64,000 nucleotides of DNA. Origin: Balanoglossus misakiensis (lineage: Eukaryota > Animalia > Hemichordata). The position numbers and the translations under genes are program-made. The DNA is taken from positions 10,485,166-10,549,165 of the forward strand of contig CM082578.2 in the NCBI GenBank assembly GCA_040954595.2. Reading direction: 5' to 3'. Below, in pieces: positions 43,309 to 64,000 of this stretch. The notes under the pieces were generated by a model that was given only the letters and a program-made list of their open reading frames with translations, had not been told where the DNA came from and did not search any database. The stretch's first letter is position 1. Each line of letters starts with the position of its first letter.

Positions 43309-46300
43309 GAAAGTGATAACGATTCGGTGACCGGGGCTTATCAGAGATTATCAAATAATATCTGATAGGGACCTCTTCTTTAAGAGACTGAGAGGAGCGT
43401 TTGAAATGACAGCGTGTCAGAACAAGGTGGATGGATTCTGGGCGGTTGTTAAGCGTCCAGTGGAAGGAATGAGGAACCAAAAAATGAGATCCAACAAACA
43501 TATTGAAGTCTAGACAGACTGGTGTTGATCGAAATCTCAATGGGGTTTCAAACTTGTCACAAAATGGTGACGCCCTCCCCGCCCACCATCTGATGCAAGA
43601 ACGTATATTGTATATAATTTTGATTTAAATCTTGATGATTTGAAATTAAAAACCTAGAATTTTTTTAAAAATAATAACAGCAAGAAGTTTGTTTTGCAGG
43701 TTAATTTACATTGGTAGTATTGTAGCAATGAAAGGAGGAGAGGACAATATTTTGTATTTACAACGCAGTTATAGGCTGAAAACGGGGGCCCACTACTATT
43801 GGTTGGTAGCGACAGTTGCAGGTCCCCCACCCAGTTGGTTTATTTTGCCAAGTCAGACTCAAAGCACACAGAGTAAGATTATCATACACATCCATATTGT
43901 AAAGTTCATAGGTCAAATATATTTACGTGGCCAGTTGCAAAGTCAAACACAAAGCAATTCAGCACAGCACAGACAATCGACAAAGCACACAAAACAAAAT
44001 AAGATCACAGAGAAGACAGATGTGTGGACTTCGGGCAAAAAGACCAAGCAGCGATACGTCTAGTATTTCTTAAAATAGCAGGTGCATTAAAAGTCACTGG
44101 TGGCTTTGCGTAAACTAAAAAATCTCTTACATTGGAATTGAAAGTTGAATTTTTTTTAACCATGAGGAGTTTTTACCGTTTTATTTCTTGCCAATTTTTT
44201 TTTCAATAATCAATGACAGATATTCATTCACATTTGGTCCAAAAATAGTAGGATTTCACTTGGCTGTCATCAGCCAGGGACCACATTTGATTCGGGCTTT
44301 TTGTATGCTTTTGTATAACCTTTTTCAAACATTCCTTACCACCATCATATTTTGCTGAAAAGTGGCTGTTTGAAACTTTAATTGTATATTTTTGTACAGC
44401 AGATCAGAATTTTGCAAGCAGCAAGTTATTGTTAATACATAGAGCAGTCTTCTGTATTGACAAGTCACGGTCTAATTCTGAGATCCTGTGTGCATTCGTA
44501 AACTACCCTCAGTTCTTGTAGGACAAATTGTATCTTTTGAATACCTAGGTTCAAATTCTCTGGGTTTTGGATAGCTTGCAGCCAAAGTATCAAAATGTTA
44601 ATATTAGTTTTAGTGTGTGTATACAGTGTTTAGCAAATTTACAAGCGTATGATCAACAGGTGGGAAAAGATATACGGAGTATTAAACTGCCTTTCACTCG
44701 GTGCAGTTGTTTGACAAACACCATGCATTCCACAAAATATGTACCATTATTTTTTAATTCTGTTTTCTGTTTGAAAGTCTTCTGTCAGTGTGTTTAATAA
44801 ATTGGTGAAAAACATTTTGATGACATTTTTTTATTGTTGATAGTAATCTGATGGATGCTCAGAATTAATGCTTTTCAATTCCACTATGTGGAAAACTCTG
44901 AAGATTAAGATAAAATGAATTGCACCAACTGTGTCCTTCCATCTGAGGAACAACCCTCTCACCCCTACCCAAATTTGGTTTTAGTTTCATCCATTATACA
45001 CTGAGGCTGCAATGTGTGTATGTCACAAGATGTCTGCCCTAGCTGTCTCATGTCTGGCAGAAGACAATGAGTTGAATGGAATTGAGAAATTTTCCATTTG
45101 TTACATTTTCCAGATATTTGTAATAATTGTATAAAATGAAAGTTTTTAAAATATTTTTATTTCCTTTTTGTGTTTCCTGTTTTTAAAATTAACTATGTCA
45201 TATTATTTTTGAGTTCATGGCTTCAGTCCCATGAATACTCAGTTTCAATCAGTTTGCTATTTAGTAGCTTATGGTCCACTGTAAAATTTTCATTAAGCTT
45301 TTTTGTATTTTACAGTACTGAATATATGATTATTTGTCTAAATTTAAATATATCTCCTTATAAAAAAAGAAAATTGTTATCAGACAAACATTGTCGTTGT
45401 GGTGACTGTATTTTAAAAAGAAAGACACAACCTTCTGGCAACACAGATGTCATAAAAAGTTGTATTTAATATTCAAAGTACACAAAACGAGTACATTACA
45501 GTGCTCTAACCAAGTTAACCCACTACTCCAAAAATGGAATCACTACACAAATAGTGTAATATATATATGTATAGACCAAAGAAACCGTAACAAATCCTCA
45601 TGGCCATGGTTGAATAACAGATAAACATGAATTTGTCTCCAGTGCCACTTGTGTACCACTCATTCAGATGCTGTCCTGTTCTGAAAACCAAAATCAATTT
45701 TATCATAAAATTCGAAACAATTCTTTTCCATTTAATCCTTTGAAAGTGTTCCAACAAGTTCATTACAACATTGTAATTGCTATGAATGAAAAAAATAATA
45801 AAACTTTGCTCAAATTAGATTAATGGAATTACAATTCTATGGAACGAAAAGAAACTGGAAAGGGCTGTGCTGACAGTTACTCAATTCAAGATTTCAAAAT
45901 ATAAACAGATGAATTGAGTTAAATAAAATTTGTGCAAAAGAAGAGAGCGACAAAAAAATGGTTTACTATCTATTTATTTTTATGGTTAAAATATTTTTAC
46001 AGCATATGCTGGACAACATTTTACTAGCAGTAGTGAGAAGTTATTGAAGTCCACTTTGAGATTTTTTTCTAAACTTTGCTAAATATTTTTTTAGGAAACA
46101 TAGAAGAAGACAATGTCTACATTTTTCTAGCAACCATAACATGGGGGACACCGAAAGTATTACACCCCCCCCCCCTCCCGAAAGTGTACTTTTTTGCCAC
46201 ATCTGGGGTGGACTAACTTCAAATCTTCACAAAGCTAAGGAATTTGAACATTTTATTGTTTATAGGGTGGAATACCTTTTTTTTTCAAGCCAAAGCAAAT

Positions 46301-47540
46301 CAATTTTCCGGTATAAACAAAAATACCTTCATTGGTTGGCTCTAGAGAAAATAAGATCCCAAAATTCACATCACAGGAAAAAAATTAGAGAAGATTCTTA
46401 TGTACACAGTCATTCCTGGCAGCATGTTTTGTTTCTTTGTTTTTAAATCCACAAATTACAGCTAACCTCTACACACAACACACTGTTGCCAATGACAACA
46501 AAGATTTCTTCACTTCCAACACATTCCCAGAAGCTGCTCAACATGCAAAAATCGAGGATAATATTGACATTAAAATATTGCTATGGCAACAAACTGAAAC
46601 ATTAACTTGATGAGAAGAGAATACATTTTTAAAAGATTGTCACTTTTTTTTTCACGCCACATTTGGAAGCAAACCCGCCAATGTCTTCCATTATTACAGA
46701 CTCTGCGCGCATCAGTCAGATATATATTCCATGTATTTTTTTTTAAACAAAAGTCTGGAGAAAGAGGACTTGTACATTTAAATGTTGAGAAAGATTAAAA
46801 GACAGAAAGACGTGTACATCCAAAAAATTAATCACAGAATACATTGGGCTTACTACAAAACAGTCATATTTATATACAAGTTCCCAAGTCTGAAATGAAG
46901 CTTCCATTGTAGGAAAAATGCCCCCCCCCCCCCCCCCCCTGCCATCTCCCCCTTCACACAGTAATCTGACGTTTGGAGAATTCCATTCAATACAAGCCAA
47001 AACTATCATGTGAATACTAACAATACTTAAAGTGAATGTAACTATGCTGGACAATTTCTACAATTGTGAATTTCACATCTGGACTTTTGATGTTTGTTTT
47101 TTTGTTGCCATGTCAACCATGTACATTACCATTGTCAACATTTCAGTAAACAGAGTTCATTTTGGCATTGTCAAATACAGTCAGCCAGACAATCAAAGGA
47201 CCAAAAACAAAGAAAATATTTTACAAGTTCGATTCTGATGAAGATCGCAATAAATGTATCATACACAGGAAGGTGTATGGCAATGAAAGATTCTTGTCTT
47301 TCTATCTCTCTCTCTCTATTTTAAGGTTTATATTTTTTTCTATAAAACTACAATTGGGATATGCAGTAACACTGAAAATAACTTGACAGAACACTGTAAC
47401 AATATTTTAAAACTACCGTACACAAAAAAGTGTCAACGCCTTAGTATCTAATAATATCCATCATTTGAGCTTTGTACACATCACATTCACTGTTTTAAAA
47501 ATATATTGGGGAGAAATGTGAGTCAAAATTTGTCAATTTG

Positions 47541-47612
47541 TGAGTGTGTATGTGAGTGTATGCGTGCATGTGTTTGTGTGTGTGTGTGTCTGTCTGTCTG
47601 TCTGTCTGTGTC
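47541..47612. repeat. (GT)n/(CTGT)n compound microsatellite in the HCFC1 3' UTR region
   Basis: Directly visible. Confidence 0.85.
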
Positions 47613-47734
47613 TCAGGGCAAAAACTAAGCCCCTGACAATCATCAATTCCCAGTTTTCAACTTTTGGAATAAATTAAGATATATACGGTTGGTGCCTCTA
47701 TGGACCATGTGATGGTCTTCTAGACAATCACATG

Positions 47735-56918
<9,184 letters not shown>

Positions 56919-57996
56919 CTTGCTTCCTACCCACAATGCTGGGGGTGCGGTACAAAAAGCCCGGATGCTGTCAACATCCCTTCACCTCAGTCGCATGAAA
57001 AAATGCATAAAAGAAGTTAACATACAAACATTCACTTAATTGATCAGATTTTGGTCAAATATTGTGTATTGCAGTAAATAATATCATACAAATTGCAATA
57101 ATTTAAAGAAGAAACCATTCATACACAACAAAAACGACTCATCTAAGCGGTGGTGTCGCACGAGGCTAAAATTTCTCACGAAGGCGGGGCTCCGTGGAAA
57201 AGGACCTTGGACAAATTCTTTCCAACAAGAGTACAAACAAGGCCCAGATTAATTTTCTTTTTGTAGTTATAAGTAAGTTAAAGCAATTTACGGTCATACT
57301 TTTACTCGTAGTACCCCAAAATTGTTCAATTCCCAAAATAATTACATGAATACCCGGATGAACTAATTAACATAAATATGGCGTCTCTCCAGGGTAGCTT
57401 TTAGTTGTCATGCAGCCAGCCATTATTGGTGTAACAATGTTGCAGAATTATGCATGACGGATCGCAATCGTAACCGTGTAAATTGCATGTTACATCGGTC
57501 AGTATAGCATATGTTTGTACCCATCCGTTCTCATTTAATTGACTTTACCCAAGCACTAGCTGATTGAAATCCGGTTTTTCCACTTCACTTCGCCATGTTT
57601 TTTGTCAGTGATATCTTTGAAGTTGGCTAGATAATTTATGTCAATGAAAGTAGGCGTGAACGATCTGACACAATCAGCCAATCAGCATCAACTTGTTGGC
57701 ATTCATATATCCTATTGATCGTCCAACTGTATACATGTAGTAGGGGCTTTGGCAATCATCATTTACATGCCGCATAACAACCTGTTAACGACCAACTTTT
57801 AATGAGGGGTTGTCAGTGATAAAATCACAATACGTGCAAATGATGTGTTAACTTCGATTTATACATGTAGATGAATTTAACTGTATCGATGTCATAATGT
57901 GTTTAATAACTTTAGGCGCTTGAAAATGACAGTATCATGCAAGTATTAGTAAATTACATGTATCTTTCATGCCTAGTTACTGGTTTATGTTTTCTT

Positions 57997-58179
57997 TTAA
58001 AGGTATACAGTCACCTACAATTTACAGACGCCCTATATATAGCTGAAATGGTGTATTTGAGCGTTCTAAAGAACATATACAGCCTAGTAGCGCTCTTTTT
58101 TTCGCGTGTGCCACCCACTGAAAATCCGTGATTGGCTAGATCTCACTTTTACCATCACTTGGTGATCGTATACCTTTAA
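57997..58179. mobile_element. 183-bp non-autonomous DNA transposon, Kolobok-like
   Basis: TTAA-AGGTATACAGTCACC ... GGTGATCGTATACCT-TTAA: ~15-bp imperfect TIRs, TTAA duplication, AG..CT termini. Confidence 0.7.
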
Positions 58180-58796
58180 GCTAGCCGAGAAGATCGTACT
58201 GCTGTTTGTTTTGTAGCCGATACCTACGACTTTACAATTCCACGGGAGAAGGAATGCAACTGCAACTGACAGTTTTTTTTAGCAGATCCGTTATCTATCA
58301 CAAGCTTTAGTTTTGCTGTATGGACTAAACGGCCGTTGGTTTTACTGGTCATGCCATGTGTAAATGTGAAATACCATTTGTGGTGTTAATATTAATAGAA
58401 AACTGTAGTCTGGAAAAAAGTTCCCTTCTGTAAACTAAATATAACTCTAAGCAGATGATATCTTTATTTAGAGATATGCACATTAGTTTACCAGTATAGC
58501 TTTGTGATGTTTAATTGATATCAGAGTTTGATATCGTTCATGTAAAAAAGAAATGAACATATACTATATACATGTACATACAGAGCGGACAATTTCTGGT
58601 GTAATTGGTGATATTTTATTCTCATTCAGTTTGGACTAAGTATAATTGCATATATCATATGTGATCATAAACTAATTTTTGTTGGTAAAAATTAAACTCT
58701 AATTGATATCTCTCATCTTCTCCAAGACTCACAATCAGCATAGTGGTGCCAATTAGTTTTTACCGCCACACAGTTCCGACAAGATCAGAAAAAAAG

Positions 58797-59594
58797 ATGA
58801 AGCCCATGACACAAGCCCTGCTGCATGTAGCAGTCCCTATCGCACTCCTTGTGGTCCTAGTTTTCAACGGCCTGTTCGATTCCGCACACACCGAAGTCGG
58901 TTATGAACACTACGCCGAACGTGCCGATCCGGACTGGGGCTTTGTCAAGTTTCCGCCCTGGCTGAAGATGCCGGCCAATTCCCTGGTCAACCTCGGGTAC
59001 TGTGTCATTGGCGCGGCGTGGATGTACCTCATAGCCAGAGAGAAAGAGCTGGGGGAGGTAGATCGATACATGTATTACGTTTTCGGCTGGCAGGCGGTGA
59101 TTTACGGAGGCGTGCAGTATGCCAGGATAGCCACGCAGCTGCATCGGTGGGCCATTCTCGACCAGTGGTTGACTTTCCCCTTCTTTGCCTGGGTGACTGT
59201 GTGGAGCGAGTACCTCTTGCGCGGTTGGAACGGATCTAAAATCGCACTAATCATGCTTGTATCAGTGTTACTCTATCTGCCCCACACGCTGCACCACCGA
59301 GGGTTTGAACTGGGGCTCGGCATCCACGTGGTGTTCGCCGTGGTCAGCGCCGCCCGGGTTCACCTCAGGTGTCCCGTGAAGGAGAACCTGGCCATCTTCA
59401 TCTACGCTCTGCTGTGCTGTGCCGGATTCGTCTTCCTGAAGCTGTCCGATCACTACCTCGCCAGGTTTGCACTGTTCCGGTACCTGACCGGACATTTCTG
59501 GTCCAAAGTGTGCGACTTCCTGCAGATTCATTTTGTGAGCCGGTTTTTCTTCAACATCAATAGGCATATACAGATGACGAAGAAGGAAGGGTGA
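58797..59594 (+). CDS. TMEM187: Transmembrane protein 187 (single coding exon)
   Basis: MKPMTQALLHVAV...FDSAHTEVGYEHYAE...MPANSLVNLGY...LDQWLTFP...GFVFLKLSDH...TGHFWSKVCDFLQIHF matches remembered human TMEM187 motifs (VGYEHYAE, MPFNSLVN, GHFWSKVCD). Multiple hydrophobic segments. Confidence 0.92.
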   Translation: MKPMTQALLHVAVPIALLVVLVFNGLFDSAHTEVGYEHYAERADPDWGFVKFPPWLKMPANSLVNLGYCVIGAAWMYLIAREKELGEVDRYMYYVFGWQAVIYGGVQYARIATQLHRWAILDQWLTFPFFAWVTVWSEYLLRGWNGSKIALIMLVSVLLYLPHTLHHRGFELGLGIHVVFAVVSAARVHLRCPVKENLAIFIYALLCCAGFVFLKLSDHYLARFALFRYLTGHFWSKVCDFLQIHFVSRFFFNINRHIQMTKKEG

Positions 59595-61102
59595 AAATGC
59601 TCATGACAGTCATCATGTTACTGATTGGATTGTCAGGACTGGGCAAGTTTTTGTGAGATTTATCTGCCAGGAATGTTGCACTTCACCTGAAGAAAACAGA
59701 CATTCGGCTAATCATCTTCTAAAATACCAAAACTAAAAGTGATTCTTCGGTTTCCATAACTTCACTTTCTGTATCAAACACTCAATCAAACACAAAAGTT
59801 ATCCATAAATGCTTCAAATTAATGTTGACCAAATAAACAAATATACCCGCACATGGTTTTAATTTCTTTAAATATATTTTAATCTATCCTTTACGAAAGT
59901 AAATGGGGAGCTAGTTGTTCAGCCGTGCACAATATTGAATGGGACATTTATATGAAGACAAAGATCCCTGCCCATATAATTATCTCGTAAATAGCAAAAT
60001 AAGAACCCACTGAAACATATGGTCAAAATGCAAAGAAAAGTCCAGTTATAACCCCGATTTATCAGGAATAATCACGGTCTATATAATACGACTACTGGGT
60101 GGATACGGAGCCCTGGCAAATGAAGTTGAACAAAATTCGAAACATCGTGGCGCGGGACCGAAAGGTTTCACCCCACTAAAACCACAAAGTCACGCTCCCA
60201 CCCCGATAGCACCAACCGTCGCACACTTTCACTGACTTTCACGACAAAAATTACTTAATAATTACATCATTCAGGACCTCCACGATCCGCTGAGCGACTG
60301 TGTGTGTTAATTGCGACATGTCACACAAATGCCCAATAATTTGGTTCATGGAAACAGTCGGCCACGTACCGTAAAATCACCCACCTGATTGCTTCAAGTA
60401 GAAGCCTGCATGCTTAGTACATAAACCCTCGGCCGACAAAAAATTGCGCATCGCGTCTGCAAGAGCGTTGCTGAATTTTTTCATGTATAAAAACGAGACA
60501 CCGGGACGAGACATCAATAAGTAAAGATTTTCAAATGATGAAAGTATACTTGCTACTACGTGTATCTCAATATTCGCTAATGGTGTAATGCAGGTGTTGG
60601 CTGGACCCATAATGCATTCACACTCGCGGATAAACTCTTCATTCCAGAAAATGGGTTTTTTTCTTCTGTCAGACATGTTCTTAATTGACCATTCTGTCAA
60701 CTAATATAAACTAAGTACTTTGAACACTAAAGAATAGTCAAGAACAAGTCTCCACACAAATAGGCCTATGCGTTGAATCATTTTAGCATAATCTCAAGCT
60801 TAAAGCTCGACAAAGAAGGTATTAAAATCGGCGAAGTGTGTAACAGTTATTATTGTTTCGTTGTAAAAAGTGTTGTCACTGTTGCTTAAGTAATGTAAAA
60901 CCTGGTATTTCTGAATGACGTTTTCTATGCATCAGTGAATTTAAACAGTGACTACCTGCGCAGAAGGTGAGGTGCATGACCCGCTATTTCTTAAACCACC
61001 TTTTAGTTTATCTCAGCTTAGTCGTGACACGCGCGACTTGCTATCTCCCGCACTCGCAAAAATCGATCGCTAAAGCTCTGTTAATCTAGAGGGAGACCTA
61101 AT

Positions 61103-61567
61103 ATGGAAGTTAAGGATGCCAACGTGAAGATTCTTGGGTGCACCGGAGGATCGGGTTCCCGGCCGTTCACTTTCTACCACCCCGGCCAGTCACTGAGTCG
61201 CCTCGATGCCTGTGCGAGTGACGAATGCGTGAAAGGTATATGGGCCACGCTGACGGACCACAAATGCGCCACTCTGGGCACCCGTGTCGGCGACCGCAGA
61301 TTGGAGTGCCGGACCTACCGGTTTGCGCCGGACGAGAGACTGACCGAGCTGGTCATCTGGGAGAGCCGAGACGGCGATCGCATCGGCCGCATCGAGTTCA
61401 AGACAAACAGGCGCGGGGCATTCGTGGTCGGCCCCGGAGGAGGCAAACGACACCAGTTTGAGGTGATGGAGAGTAAGCCCGTAGGCATGACTGGGCAATT
61501 CGGCGCTGACATCACGCAGTTTGCTCTGATCGTCACGAAGGAAGAAGTACAAGGAAATGGACTGTAG
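61103..61567 (+). CDS. Stand-alone jacalin-like (beta-prism I) lectin domain, natterin-like/Dln1 type; 154 aa, single exon
   Basis: GGSGSRPFTF..GQSLSRL, YRFAPDERLTELVIW...GDRIGRIEFKTNRRGAF and VGMTGQFGADI align by eye with the jacalin domain of fish natterin-like/Dln1 proteins ([36 protein letters not shown]...GIVGRGGSDID). The ORF has GC-rich coding composition. Confidence 0.75.
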   Translation: MEVKDANVKILGCTGGSGSRPFTFYHPGQSLSRLDACASDECVKGIWATLTDHKCATLGTRVGDRRLECRTYRFAPDERLTELVIWESRDGDRIGRIEFKTNRRGAFVVGPGGGKRHQFEVMESKPVGMTGQFGADITQFALIVTKEEVQGNGL

Positions 61568-61934
61568 GCGAAAACTCAAAGATGAAAAAAAACTTCTATT
61601 CGTACACCATTTTATACCGTTTGTCCTAAGGCTTTAGCTTTCGGTCCAAGCATTATGCCAAGAAATCAAACTGGCTCCCGACCTATCTGAAGTCCGATCT
61701 GGCATGTCCAGCGCACTGTGTTGACCACTTTCAATAACAATTGAAAGGAATTGATGCGCATCTTTTGCAAAGCACCACTTTCCATGGACGTTTGCAGCGG
61801 CCCTCGGGCTAGGATAAAGTTAATCTTCATTCGGATGTCCAGGAATCCAGCCATGGAGGTAGACAATGACATTTTGGACAGACGAGTTTTTTATCAAAAG
61901 ATAACTAGTGTTCACAAAGGTACAGTGTATATGC

Positions 61935-62028
61935 TTAACCCTTTCACCACCATGGTTCGGTCCAAATTTTTCGTTGTCTATGGCAAAGTTGGACCTCTAG
62001 AGAGAAAACCAGGGGGTGAAAGAGTTAA
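61935..62028. mobile_element. ~94-bp piggyBac-like MITE, family A copy (opposite orientation)
   Basis: TTAA-CCCTTTCACCACCATGGTTCGGTCCAAA...GGGGGTGAAAGAG-TTAA; reverse complement of the 63108-63201 copy. Confidence 0.75.
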
Positions 62029-63107
62029 AGATTGTGCTAAACGTACAATGGTTATAGCTCTCTCTCTTTTTCTGTCAGTTTCATCCAACAGTGCTTGTGT
62101 TACCTGTAGGTCGCCAAGCAGACGCCACCCTTTTTTTGTATCGTGGATTGATAGACACAACACACCAAATGTTTTTTCCTTATTTCTGTTTTATTAATGA
62201 CTCAGTCCACAGTCCCTCGTGCTCAGTCGCAACATTCTCTCCCTGAGTACAATGATTACTACTCATATTATACATACTTTATGCCTAAGCAATATGGTTA
62301 TCACATCAATAAACTGGCATACATAAATAAATAAATACAAATGTATGTACAATCTATATATTAAACTGTCCCTGAGCAACATTTGAAAGAAATCACTACA
62401 GGAATACCACTGTAACACCCCCGGACACACACACATACAAATATTAAAGTTGCTATATTGTTTTGTATCTCAAATAGAGTACTGTAATGTTGATAAATTT
62501 AAGTACTGTTACATCAAGAGAGTTATTGAATATACACGACAAAAATTCTGTAAAAATATTATAACAATTTACAGATACTGTAGTGATATGCACACTAGAA
62601 ACGTATAACTGATCAAAATGAAAAACAATGTCTAGTCAAATCTCTGTTCCAGAGAACAATTTTAAATAGTAAAAAAATGTGTATAAAAATGCATAATATT
62701 ACATAAATATGTCGTTCACCAAAGAGAAATAAAATTTAGAATTAGGAGAGTAGCTAGCTAGGTGAGTGGTTTTCTGGACACAGTTACTTTCTACTTTCAC
62801 TGGAACTTTTCAACAAAGCAGATGACACAGTCATTTTGAGGTACATGGTGTATGTTTTTGACTTCTGTTAAAATTGTTATTTATCCCTGATAAAAACTAT
62901 CAACAGTGTGAAAAACAGCCCTGGTTCTTTACAAAATATATAAATTGTAAATATTCACTGTAAATGGCGATACTGGCCCCGGGCTAAGTATGAGCCATTA
63001 CCAGAAAAATACAGTTTAATAGTACATCTGAATAATTATTTATTATTTATAAATACTTGCAATATCACTCTCGGTAAAAAATGCTCCCTAGGCAGGAAAA
63101 ACGCCCA

Positions 63108-63201
63108 TTAATCCTTTCACCCCCATTTTCCTGTACAGAGGTCCAAATTCACCATAGAAAACAATGGAGTTGGACCAAACCATGGTGGTGAAAAGGGTTA
63201 A
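63108..63201. mobile_element. ~94-bp piggyBac-like MITE, family A copy (SLC26 3' UTR)
   Basis: TTAA-TCCTTTCACCCCC...GTCCAAATTCACCATAGAAAACAATGGAGTTGGACCAAACCATGGTGGTGAAAAGGG-TTAA. Confidence 0.75.
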
Positions 63202-63253
63202 TGATCTGCTAACCGCCCTGAGTTATGAAGGTATACCGTGAAGCCATACGTCT

Positions 63254-63762
63254 CTAGAATGATGTTTCTTGCTCTATACTGTTGACTGGGATTCCGTTCA
63301 CCTCCGGAGATTGGTTGCCATCTTCTACTATGGTATGATGGATGTGTGTTCGGGTCTTGCCGTCTTTGGTTTCTATAAGGACCTGCAACAGAAATGGTAC
63401 ATGATTACAAAACCGGTGAAATTTTACAAGGCTTTTCCAGGAGTATGGTACAATTCATTCGAAATGTCTAACACAGCTGATCACTGCGAAAAGGGTACTG
63501 GCAAATTCCTGCCATAAATTTCAGTGTGAAGTCCTGTTTCTTAAATTTCTCTCAACTGCACACGTACACATGGTCTGATGGAAAGTTTCACTGTTCACAC
63601 CCACATGGAAAGAAACCGTGATTTTTTTTTTTACCTCGTTCAGATCATCTTCCTTGATCGCATACAAGACAGCGTCATGGATTGTGACAAATAAACAGCT
63701 CTGCCCTTCAAGGCTCACTTTCGAATAGAAATTCGAGCGAGAGAAAGTGTCTCGTACACGTC
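63254..63762 (-). CDS. SLC26 anion exchanger, last two exons (63762-63635, 63382-63254); gene continues beyond the window
   Basis: RVRDTFSRSNFYSKVSLEGQSCLFVTIHDAVLYA is the STAS C-terminal signature (F-x-T/S-I-H-D-A-V-L). It splices in phase 0 to VLIETKDG...NSIEQETSF* (stop 63254-63256). Confidence 0.8.
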
Positions 63763-64000
63763 CTGAAATTTAGACAGAGACAGCACAACTGGAGGTGAGT
63801 GTGTGTTGCTTTGATGGACGTGGAAAACGTAAGGGTGCACGCTGCAACAATAACTAGTATATAGCAGTCAATGGTAGAGTGAGTATTAATTTCCAATGAA
63901 AAATGAAAACATTGGTTTTCCAGTGATAGAGTTTCAAATTCCAGGACCAACATGACAAAAAAACAGAGCAGAAATCACTACAATTATGATAAGTCAAAAC

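Overview
Intron-containing animal genomic DNA, most likely an invertebrate deuterostome (hemichordate, echinoderm or amphioxus-grade; this is inferred, not provable from the sequence). In order, the window holds: (1) a tandem cluster of four paralogous Golgi-type sulfotransferase genes, the first truncated by the window edge; (2) dihydrolipoamide dehydrogenase (DLD, -), with NRF1 and YY1 motifs and a ~650-bp foldback inverted repeat upstream; (3) a ~26-kb receptor tyrosine kinase gene (+) combining a strikingly plexin-A-like Sema-PSI-4xIPT ectodomain with a MET/RON-type kinase; (4) host cell factor 1 (HCFC1, -), in which the region that carries the OGT-cleaved HCF-PRO repeats in vertebrates is occupied by an in-frame ~400-aa (GNP/HNP)n tripeptide repeat; (5) TMEM187 (+), head-to-head with HCFC1 as in human Xq28, with a cluster of YY1 motifs around the shared 5' region; (6) a stand-alone natterin/Dln1-type jacalin domain gene; (7) the last two exons of an SLC26 anion exchanger ending in a PDZ ligand (ETSF). 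Several TTAA-flanked short MITEs (piggyBac- and Kolobok-like) are present. Exon coordinates were read by eye from splice signals and phase matching. Family comparisons come from remembered reference sequences, not database searches.
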